Assembly: GCA_907165135.1 (NCBI GenBank)
Contig: OU015569.1
Span: 9,734,001 to 9,798,000, forward strand
DNA from: Oikopleura dioica
Taxonomy: Eukaryota; Animalia; Chordata
Reading direction: 5' to 3'
DNA length: 64,000 nt
In this document: positions 1 to 10,596 of the stretch, one piece after another
Position numbering within the stretch: position 1 is the first letter of the stretch
Layout: each line of letters begins with the position of its first letter
Position numbers and translations under genes: made by a program
The notes under the pieces: generated by a model
Databases searched by the model: none
What the model was told of the DNA's origin: nothing
Seen by the model: the letters and a program-made list of their open reading frames with translations, nothing else

Positions 1-456
1 TGGCAGCTTCGTGGTCGGGCTCTTCATCAGAGGAATCTTCAGTTGGCGCTTCCGGAGAATCTTTCGGCAAAATTGTAACATTGACTACAATATAGGCGAC
101 TCGAACTTGCCGTTTCAACTTCATTTCAATCTTCCCGTTCTCAGCAATCTTCGTCTTTGTCGTCCCAACAACGTAATCGTAGTACCACCAGTATTCATTT
201 GCTTCGGCTTTGATTTTTGGACCACCGTCTAAAATATTATACACATGCATAGTAAACAGAAGTCTTCACCGATTTTTTCGAGGGAAAAGTGATGAAATCC
301 ATCGCCAAGGAGTTCATCAGAATCCAAGTCAATACAAGAGCCCACAAATTTAACTCGCCATCCTGAGGCTTCAATATCTTTGTTGTATTCGCAAAGCCGT
401 TTTTCATTTTTGGTAATTATCGGCCTGTTTATAGGGGTATTTGGTGGGAAAGTCAT
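1..456 (-). CDS. Uncharacterised protein, 3' end runs off the window
   Basis: ATG at 456. A 41-nt GT-AG intron after ...SLEKI joins to an open frame (DGGPKIKAEANEYWWYYDYVVG...EEPDHEAA) that reaches position 1. No family recognised. Confidence 0.55.
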
Positions 457-503
457 TTTAATGTAAGATCCATTCGAGTGAAACTTTTGCGAGGTTATTT
501 TAT

Positions 504-923
504 TTATATAGCTTTTAACTGAAGTTGAAAAAAATAAAGAAAGTCAAAATTATTGAATCTCGATCCTTAAAATTTACTTTTTTTGCGCCCAACTCGAGCA
601 GTTTCAGCACATTCTTGATGTCATCGTCTTCAAAATCGTCGCGACCATCCTCATTTTTGCCTGGCCAACCTTCGTCTCCTTCATAGTGACCTGCTCCTAA
701 CTCTGGCCCTAGTTTCTTTGTCCAGTATCGCAGACGATTCTTTCGGTTTCTTTCAGCTCTTTTCTCTTCCTCCATTCTAAAAAAGGAGTTAATTATTTTG
801 TTTCTTTCTAATTGATCAGCTGATGAAATAGAGGGAGGATATATTATTTGTAATATATTATTTATGAATATTAAATAACCTTTTGATTTCATTTTCTTCC
901 CCTTCTTCAAATTTTCTTTTCAT
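504..923 (-). CDS. Small charged uncharacterised protein (3 exons), head-to-head with H4
   Basis: MKRKFEEGEENEIKR, intron 777-879 (GT-AG), MEEEKRAERNRKNRLRYW...ELGAKK, intron 519-577, LKAI*. Splice phases are compatible. Confidence 0.5.
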
Positions 924-1102
924 TTGAAGACCGTTCAAATTATCTCGAGTTTTTTTTTTGCTCCTTTTATCTCAATCAGGAAAACTGCCGTCACCGCCGT
1001 TAAAAATTTTTGAATCAATAGCAAGAACGAACCGATGCTCAGTCAGCGATAAGCTTATTATTTTCTTCAAGATCAGATTTGCTAGTTCGCTCAATTTATT
1101 TT

Positions 1103-1538
<436 letters not shown>

Positions 1539-1565
1539 ATCATCCTTTCCCGCTTTCGAAAAACC

Positions 1566-1581
1566 GGCCCTTTTAAGGGCC
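1566..1581 (+). terminator. Replication-dependent histone 3' stem-loop
   Basis: GGCCCT-TTTA-AGGGCC (6-bp stem, 4-nt loop), preceded by AAAACC and followed by ACAAA, 28 nt after the H4 stop. Confidence 0.92.
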
Positions 1582-1642
1582 ACAAATCCCAACAGCAATT
1601 GCATTTGTAGTTGCTCACATGGAAATTCCATATCATTTGCAA

Positions 1643-1693
1643 ATCATGATATATGATTCATATGATATGAATCATATGATTATATGATATGAT
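1643..1693. repeat. Degenerate (ATATGA)n array containing a 12-bp perfect inverted repeat
   Basis: atatgattcata-tga-tatgaatcatat at 1651-1677 within ATATGA/ATATGAT-like units. Confidence 0.8.
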
Positions 1694-2029
1694 AGGTCGA
1701 TGAGCTATCTTTTTAATACGAATCAATGACTAAGGATTAGCAGCCCGCCAGAAATAGAACGCGGCAGGAGGGCCTAGTCAACAGAGGCAGAGATTCCCAG
1801 GGAGCAGCGGAAGGTGTCAAAGGCGCTCGCGAGCACTGGTTTCAACCGGTTGCTGCAAAATCACGCAGGTTCATTCCAAAAGGTTATAGACTATAACTTA
1901 AAGCCTGAAGCTAAGACCTATTTTGAGAAAATTATATTCAGAGACTTTCCATCTGATCTGTCCAATAAGCTTTCGACTTATTCTCATCACAGACAAGCCT
2001 TCCGGAAAAAAAACTTTTTTTTTTTGTCG

Positions 2030-3238
2030 ATGAAGCTTAGGTCCCGAAAAATCGATGCTGATGGAGCATCGACATCAGCTCCAAAGATAGCAAGAATGGA
2101 GTCCTTTGAGAGTATTTTCCCTGGCATGCTGATTTCATATGGAAAATTCGGAAAGTGTGTTGGAACCGAATGCGATGGGTACGATTAAAATTCACAATAC
2201 CTTGATAGTTTATCAGTGATAACTTATCAGTGATAAGGAATATATTTAATATGAGTTAAATTTATAAATTTAATTAAAAATTAGGACGATGAAAATATAT
2301 TATTTTTTTTACATAAAATATATGATTTATAGAGTGCCGCTAGGAACTGCAGAAATTCAAGGCAGAAACTTATGCGGAGTCTGTGCAACGGAGGAGTATG
2401 GCAGCGACTTCCTTGAAACCGAGGACACTTCTTTTGAACAGTCTGACGCGAAATTCAAATGCCCAGCCTACGGCAAAGAAGGAAGCTGTAACTCAAAGAT
2501 GGTTTCTATCGATGTTTTTTACTTGGGAACATGTTGCGAGCCAGCTTCAAAAGTGTTTGTTGAAAATAAAAAAGGTATTTCTATTTTTTCATACACCAAA
2601 CTTGCAAGTTCTTTATAGCCCAAGAAAAACAACTAAAAGTTGTTCATCACTTCTATCGAATTGAGTTCGAAAATGTCCATTGCAGCAAGAACTTTTTCGA
2701 GAGTACGAAATGCCAGATGAAGGGCATAGAAGACGAGATACAACGAGACCAAGAGGCCTTGGAAGAAAAGATGAAGAAAGTCGAAGAAGACAAAAAAATT
2801 CTTGAAGGGAAGAAGAAGCATCTCGAGAGAATGAACCAAAATCATGAAGCCTCAAAGAGACAGTTGATCAAAAACGAGAATGTAAAGAATGATGTCCTCA
2901 AGCGACTCAAACAACTTTCATATCAATATCATTCAGTCGCCACCAAGCTCTCTCTCGATGAAGATGTTGAAGCAAAAGGTATATAAGTTTCTGATCCCTA
3001 TGTCATCGATCATTTAGAGAACAGGAAAGACTTCGAATATTGCAAAGCTTGCGGCGAGAATTATAATGAGACAGATCGCCGAAAGTCATTCTTGCCGACG
3101 TGCGGCCATGTCGCTTGCCTGAAATGTTTTGAAGAGGACGCCTGCGAACAGGATGATTATCCATTCTGTCCCATGAATTGGGTCAAGGATTGTGACAATC
3201 AATACTACTTGCATGAGGTCCGACGATTATACGAATAG
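2030..3238 (+). CDS. Cys-rich N-terminus / coiled-coil / C-terminal RING-HC zinc finger protein (probable E3 ligase)
   Basis: Four exons with phase-compatible GT-AG introns (2179-2332, 2575-2618, 2979-3017). Last exon carries CKAC...PTCGHVACLKC...CPM, a C3HC4-like pattern. Charged coiled-coil at 2717-2978. Confidence 0.8.
2210..2236. repeat. Tandem pair of 13-bp palindromes TTATCAGTGATAA (four GATA-type sites)
   Basis: ttatcagtgataa-c-ttatcagtgataa inside the first intron of the RING gene. Confidence 0.85.
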
Positions 3239-4341
3239 TTTTAAAGCCTGTCAAAAATTACTATCACTAGTTTAACTGCTACCTGCTTTTGAAAAACTTG
3301 AAAAAACTTGCTAAAATAAACCGACGATCACAATTAACTCCGATAAAACGTCTTCATCAACTTGATTCTAATCAAAAGAGCTTCTTACTACTGGCAAAAG
3401 ACAGACATTGTCTTGAAGACTGTTATTAGCAGAAGTTCTATTAGCCCGCGCGTAAATCCTAGCGCTGAGTACCGACATATCAAAGGCCCCCAAGTGCTAA
3501 AGTGATATGTCGCGGAATCTGTTTAAGCGGCGATTGTTTCGATTTCAGTCAGTAATAATCCAAAAATCCTCGAACAAATCATTCTATGTTTTTTTGATCA
3601 GCATCCGCGTGTTAACACTTCCATCTGCGAGTACACCACTAAAGCAATTACCCCAGCAATTTTATACCCTACCTCATTCGACTGGATAAATTAAGCGCTT
3701 CCGAAATTCAATCGACCAAGTTTCCAGTGTTCTGGAGACGCAGTAGAGCGTTTTCCTTACTTTATTAAGATTGTGTTACCTTTTGTTATCAGTAGACACG
3801 ATAAAGTTATCGCCGAAAACTTATCGCCAAGAAAACATTCAAATTGTACCACAACTCTTCGATTAAGATAAAAGAAAAAAATAAAATAGAAATAAAATAG
3901 AAAGGATTCGAATAATCAATTTAAAGTCAAATTATTCTAGGAAAAATTAATTTCTTGCTTCAATCAAGGGCAAAAATGCCTTTGTTTTGCACTCTATAAA
4001 ACTCTATTTTTAACAAGGATTCGTAATCGGTAACGATTTTCTTTCCCTTGAACAAATAAGGAAACCCGAAAAGATTTCCGAAAAATCCAAAGATTCCACT
4101 TAGACTCCAAGTCTTATAAAGTATCCGGTATATATATAATTAGCTAATTTTGCCTTTCTAGAGATCAGTATTGACCGCGTTAACTGAAAAGACCAAATCA
4201 ATCGGCGGCTCTTTTGATGTTTGGACCTTCTGTTAATCGGGTGTAGAATCCGGTGGCGCCCCGAATATGCAGGCGGCGCCACCACTTTCACGAATTAGCG
4301 AAGGGGACTAACAAATCTTCGCCGTTATTAGAGAAACAACA

Positions 4342-5237
4342 ATGAGCGTTAGGGCAGCAAATTCCATGAGAACTTCGACAAACGACACAGTGAAACCTCC
4401 CTACTCGTATATTGCCCTGATTTCCATGGCGATTAACAGGTACTGTGAATAACAGGGAATTTTAGCTTGCATATTTAAAACTTTTTTTGATAGCAAGAAA
4501 GATAAACGGATCACCCTGAGCGGAATATACAAATTCATCTCGGAGAAATTTCCTTACTACCGAGACACGAAGCAAGGTTGGCAAAACTCTATAAGGTAAC
4601 TTTGATCAACTTGTCGACGTTTAAACTTGAGTTTTCATTCAGACACAACCTGAGTTTGAACGAGTGCTTCATCAAAGAAGCTAGAATCGATAAAAAAAGA
4701 GGGAAGGGCAGTTACTGGACATTGGATCCGGATGCTTTCAATATGTTCGAAAATGGGAGTTACTTACGAAGACGACGCCGATTCAAAAAAGCGGATGCAT
4801 TAAAGGTAAATCACAGAGTTCGCTAAGATTTAAATCGAATTTCGCAGGAAAAGGCAATGAATTTACGAAACCAGAGGTTGGTGTCGAACCCGAATGTCAT
4901 GATCCCGAAGACCCGACCGATAAGTGATCAAGACTCTGGATATGGCGAGTCAACAGAGAATCCCATAAATGAATATGCTTTTCTTGGTGCAAGTCAGTTT
5001 ACATCTCCACCCCCGTTACCGCTGCCTCACATGACCCCTGAGCTATACCATTTTTGCCATTACCCGAGCTGGAATATCCATTGCCAAAACGATCCTCAGT
5101 ACGCTACTAACTTTTCTCAAATGGTAAACTCATAATGGCCACTTTCAATTTGAATTTTTATTTAGACTTCTGCCCAATACGCCTATCAACAACCTGTTTT
5201 TCAACACGATGCATTTCTGCTTTCGAATAAATTGTGA
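4342..5237 (+). CDS. FoxC: Forkhead transcription factor, FoxC class
   Basis: [14 protein letters not shown]...[15 protein letters not shown]...[36 protein letters not shown] matches FoxC. Introns 4440-4493, 4596-4642, 4806-4847, 5124-5165. Confidence 0.9.
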
Positions 5238-5391
5238 AACTCACTCGATAGTACATTGTAACTTTTACGTTTAAACTCGTTTATTGAACTTATTCATGGA
5301 TAATCAGGGTGAAGTTAAATTTTCCTAGTCTGATTCGTAATCACATTCAATCACATGGCTTTTGCATCAGTGTATGTCAGGTACAGGGCAA

Positions 5392-6378
5392 TTACTTTTT
5401 GGCTTTAGCAAATCGCTCAGCGACGTTGTTCCAGTTGAAGACATCGAAGATCTTCTCAACGTACTGAGCACGGAGATTTTTGTACTGGATGTAGTAGGCG
5501 TGCTCCCAAACGTCGATGCCGAGAAGAGGAATTAATCCAGTCGTAGCCTCGAGTGGGTCTTGGTTCTGGCAGGTAGCGACCTGCAATTTGGAAGCAGTCT
5601 TATTCCAGCCGAGCCATCCCCAGCCAGATCCTACAATTTATCTTTATTTCAAGAGAAATAAAAATCTTAATACCTTTGACAGCAGCTGACTTGGCGCACA
5701 TTTCTTTCTTGAAAGCTTCAAACGAACCGAAGTCAGTATTGATCTGGTCGGCGAGCTCGCCAGTTGGGAGGCCACCGCCATTAGGAGCCATGTTAGTCCA
5801 GAAGATAGTGTGGTTAATATGTCCTCCGCCATTGAAGTTGATAGCCTCAGAAACTAAATCAAACTGATATATTTAAATAAATACTCTGATCTTACGCTGG
5901 TTCATCGCGTTGACGTCCCCAGCGCGTTCAGCAGCAGCAAGCTTTTCGACAGCGGCGTTGAGGTTAGTAACGTAACCATTGTGGTGCTGAAAATTAAATT
6001 AACACGAAATCACTTCAGAATCTCAACCTTTGAGTGATGGATTCGCATGATCTCTTCGCAGATAGTTGGCTCGAGTTGACCGTATTCATAGCCAAGCTTT
6101 GGCAGCTCGTACTTTAGATCTTGGCCTGTTTCTGCCTTGATCGAGCCGAGGACCTTGGCGATCAGAGGGTTTCGGATTCCGGCTTGCGCTTTACCATCGC
6201 TGATAACGATGTTCTTGATAAAGTCGGTCTGCTCAGAGATAGCAGCGCCTTCGGAAGCAGCATTGGCCATCTTCAACAATAATAAGAAATAATTGATCTA
6301 AGTATGACATGCCTGGTTGATTTTGATGCCAGTTGCTTCGGCAAGCTTGGCTTCAAGTGCAGCTACGTAAGAATCCAT
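5392..6378 (-). CDS. SOD2: Mn/Fe superoxide dismutase (272 aa) with long acidic N-terminal extension
   Basis: [22 protein letters not shown] and DVWEHAYY motifs. Five exons; introns 6271-6312 (GC-AG), 5987-6027, 5854-5895, 5631-5673; spliced CDS 819 nt. Confidence 0.95.
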
Positions 6379-6452
6379 ACTAAAATAGATAATCTTCAAA
6401 TTCTGAAGCAGAATTACACTAATGTTTTTGAGAGAACAGAATAAATATGAAT

Positions 6453-7587
6453 TTAGGCTGATGGATCAACTACATATCGTCCCGTGATGTTGCCGGAAAG
6501 CATCGCTTTTGCGACGTCGGGAACCTCTTCCAAAGAAATGATCGGATTTCGGCCGATCAAGTCGAGAGCACTCTCTGGGCAGGCGTTGGACAATAGTTCG
6601 TATGCAGATTCTCTTTTCGAGATTGGAAGGTAAACACATTCGACACCATTTAAAGTGATTCCACGGAGAATAAAGGGTGCTTCATGGAGTCACTTACTAT
6701 CGACAAATAAAAACATGTAAATAAAAAATTGGTGACGCATTCCTACGCTCGTCGGGAGATCTAATCCTGCAGCAAGGCCACAGGCCGAAACAGTGCCATA
6801 TTTCTTCGTCATCGACAAAATATTTGCAAGAACGTTTGACCCGCAAGCATCGACGGCACCGGCGAACCTCTCCTTTGCGAGAGGACGAGGTTTGCCTTCA
6901 AAATCTGATCGTTCGAGGACACTACTCGCTCCTAACGAAGTAAGGAATTCGCTATCTCGATCAGCTTTTCCGCTTATTGCGTGGACTTCGTAGCCAAGAT
7001 TGCTAAGCAATGAAATGGAGACGGAGCCAACGCCCCCAGTAGCACCAGAGACGGCGATAGGCCCATCTGATGGTTTCACGGAATCTCGAATAGCCTCAAC
7101 GCAAAGCGCACTTGTGTACCCAGCAGTGCCTATTCTTGCAGCTGTCAAATGGCTCATTCCCTCAGGCAGCCTTTGACACCACTCTGGTCGGACTCTTGCT
7201 TCTTCCGCATAACCGCCAAAATGATCAGTGCCTATCCCAAAGCCGTTCACAAGGATTTCGTCGCCTTCTTTAAACTGTCCGGAAGTGTCTGACATAACAG
7301 TTCCTGTCAGATCAATGCCGCCAACCATTGGAAATGGGAGACCAGCATAAAGACCTTGAGCGACAAGAGCATCTTAAAAGTTCTTTATACTTTCAACGGG
7401 CTCTTCAAGTACCTTTGTAATTGACGTTTGAGTATTTCACCTTAACGTGGACACTGCAAGGCCCTTTTTCGCCTCGAACTTTAGAGACCTCTGGCAAGTC
7501 AGCTACAGTAAGGCTTTGAACAGAAGCGGGAGTCTTTTTAGCGGATGTTACCAGAGCTCGAAACGCACGAGCACTAGTTAATTTCAT
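6453..7587 (-). CDS. acuI: MDR-family quinone oxidoreductase, YhdH/AcuI (acrylyl-CoA reductase) type, 343 aa
   Basis: SNVNYKDAL, GGYAEEARV, IGTAGYTSALCV, SGATGGVGS, ACGLAAG and PTSVAPFILRGITLNG are YhdH/AcuI hallmarks. Introns 7373-7412 (GT-AG) and 6680-6742 (GA-AG). Confidence 0.88.
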
Positions 7588-8199
7588 TCTGAAAATAATA
7601 TGGATGACTGTCGAGCCAATTTAGATTTAATGAAGAATATCATATTCTGAATATGTTAATAGTTAACAACTTCAGACCACGCTTGTTAGTGATGTTTACC
7701 CGTTGTTTAGCTAGTCGTGGCTGTGTCTGCGTTGAGGTGTTGAAATTAACTTTTTTATATAAATAGATATGTCTGAGTAAATATATGATATTTTACTACT
7801 GAATAGATCTCTCATCAGCATCATCACTTGTTAATATAAATATTCATATCAGCTAAACAGGAAATTATTTGGAGCTCAGTTTAGTTTTTCGTTTATTCGA
7901 TTTGAGCGAGGTTAAATGATCCCCTTTTCTTAAAAATCACGTAGGAAAGTAGCACAGTTTGTACTAATGATTAGGAATCTATATTAATAAAATTAAGTTA
8001 AAAGTTCAAATGTCGAACTTTAAGCGATGACTATAATCGCATAGCCGCTGAAATCTAATGTAATACGGTTGTTAAACCGCAGTCAGGTCCGTCGCTTGAT
8101 ATGGCAGTGTTTTTCGAAGCGCATCATTCTCAGAAGCTAAAGCGAGAGAGAGAGAAAAATTTCAACACTTTCCCCCGCAGCACGTCTTTGGCTCCATTA

Positions 8200-10521
8200 T
8201 CATTTCAATGCTTTTTCTTCGACGAGCAGCCGCTCCATCCTAATTATACATTTAACTCTACCGTATGAAGACATAAATACTGTACCTCCGATTCTTTCTT
8301 TTTGGTATCTTTTTCATTGGACTGAATGTCCCACATCTTTCGATAATGATTATTTAATGCCAATAGCTCCGTGTGGCTACCCATCTCTGCAACTTCACCG
8401 TCTTTGAGCACAATGATTTTGTCGCTGTTAACAATTGTCGAAAGCCTGTGAGCGATGACGAGCAGGGATTTGTTCTTCGTCGCATTATCGAGGGAATCGA
8501 GGATACGCTGTTTTAAAATTAGAAAAGAAGCTTTTGATATTTACCTGTTCAGTGAGCGAGTCGAGCGAGCTTGTAGCTTCATCATAAATAACGATTTCTG
8601 GGTCCTTGAGGAAACACCGAGCAATTGCTAGACGCTGTTTCTCGCCGCCCGACAGCTTCACTCCTCGTTCACCGACGATAGTTTGGTAGCCGTTCTTCAT
8701 TTCCTCCACTGATCTGTGCAAATCTGCCACTTCAGCAGCTTCGATGATTTGATCTTCAGTAGCATTCAAGTCTCCATATCGAATGTTGTTGTAAATGGTG
8801 TCGTTGAACAAAACTAAACGAACAAAATCGTTTGTTGCTTTATGAAAATGAAACTCACCGCAATCTTGTGGGACGACTCCAATTTTTTCGCGGAAAGATT
8901 TAAGATTGAAGTTACGAATGTCCTCCCCATTTAGCTGAACAGAGCCTTCTTTTGGGTCATAAAACCTGAACAGTAGCTTCGCTAGTGTAGATTTCCCCGA
9001 CCCTGAGCCGCCCACAATAGCGACCCGTTCACCGGGGCGGATACGAAAGTCTACGCCTTTGAGGATCGAGTTTCCGTCGGCATATGCAAACTTGACATTG
9101 TTGAATCGTACTTCTAGGTCTTTATCCATAGGCGGTGTCTTTGTTCCTTCTTCTAACTCTGGTTTTTCTTCCATCAATCGCCACATCGTTTCAAAATCTG
9201 TTCGTGCTTGAATTAAGTCTCTGTAGGTGGATCCCAAGAAACTGAGCGGTCTTTGAATCTGTTGGAAATAACTGGCAATCATCACAAACTCTCCAAGAGT
9301 CAGTGTTCCTGCAGCGATAGAAGCCTAACAAAGAATTAGCTGAGTACAGTACGGAGAACGCTCAACCTGTCCAAAGTCGAGGATCCCAGAGGCCATTCCC
9401 AAGTTGAAAAGCAAGCACGAGCCCAAAATTGCTTGCTGCCCCATATTCAAAAGTGCGAGAGTTCGGTCAGTTTTAAGAGCCGCGCGTTCGAAATTAGCTA
9501 ACTTGCCATCATAGCGAGTTGCTTCATATTTTTCATTTGCAAAATATTTGACGGTTTCATAGTTGAGAAGAGAGTCCGTGGCTAAGTTACCAGCATCCAT
9601 GTCGGCTTTGTTCATGGCTATTCGGAAGGGCGTTCTATACTAGAAAAAAAAAAGAAAATTTATACAATTGATTTTGGAAAAATTAAACCTGAGTGAATTT
9701 TATGGAAAAGGCGGAATAGATTCCAGAAGAGACGAGGAGAGAGGTAGCGTAGAGAGGACCACAGAAATACCAAATAAAAGCACCAGTACACATGACTTGA
9801 AACATTGCGGGTGTAAATACAATACAGGTGGCATGGAGAACGGTGGATATTGCCCGATTCCCCCTGTCAACAGCCTTAATTAAAAATATTGAAAGCTGGA
9901 AACTTGAAAAGATAATAACCTTCAGAAGCGCACCCGTCTCCCGATTCGTATGAAACCGATGATCAAGAGAGAAGAGCTTTTCGACGAGTCCGCGGCCTAT
10001 TTTTCTAGTGGTGCTTTGCTTTACTGTTGCGAATGTGTACGATTTGTACTGGTCGATAGTGGGCTCGAGTAAGCTCACCGCTGCGTACGTAGCGAACGGA
10101 GCGGCAATAACAGCGGCATTTTCTAGCGATGGCAGAGCTCCACTCTCGATAGCTTTAACCAAAGTAAGATATTGCTACCTCAAATACTGACAAACCTGTT
10201 AAAGTATTGACTAAATCTTTCCAGAAGATGGGGATTGCCAGGCTGAGCCCCTTCGCTCCAAAAATCAAGGCTCCAGTTTTCATGACAGTGAGTTTTATTC
10301 TTAACTTTGATAAGATAATAAACAAGCCTTATTGGTTACCTCGATGATTCGGGAACCTGCGCACTTGGCCAAATAAATGGCTTTACTTTTTTCATCAGTT
10401 GACCGGTTGTGAGTTCAACTCGATCCAGGCCATCAATATTGCCAATGACTGCAGCCCCATGAGTGTGAAATCGCTTTATAGTGATAACTCGTCTCCGAGT
10501 TAGACAAGATATCGTACTCAT
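8200..10521 (-). CDS. ABCB7: Mitochondrial ABC half-transporter (ATM1/ABCB7)
   Basis: Transit-peptide-like N-terminus. [38 protein letters not shown] and IAHRLST motifs. The exact last exon is uncertain. Confidence 0.92.
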
Positions 10522-10596
10522 TCTCGAAATAATATATTTAGTACAATAAACAGTGATATAAGAATAAAATTTATTTCAATGGCAGTATCAGTTGAG

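Noticed and set aside
2211-2221. TATCAGTGATA equals the core of the tet operator tetO2
   Set aside because: Only 11 bp match, the flanks differ and there is no vector sequence nearby; it is better explained as paired GATA sites.
6453-7587. Bacterial contamination as the source of the AcuI-like gene
   Set aside because: It has two spliceosomal introns and an upstream acceptor, and is contiguous with intron-bearing eukaryotic genes.
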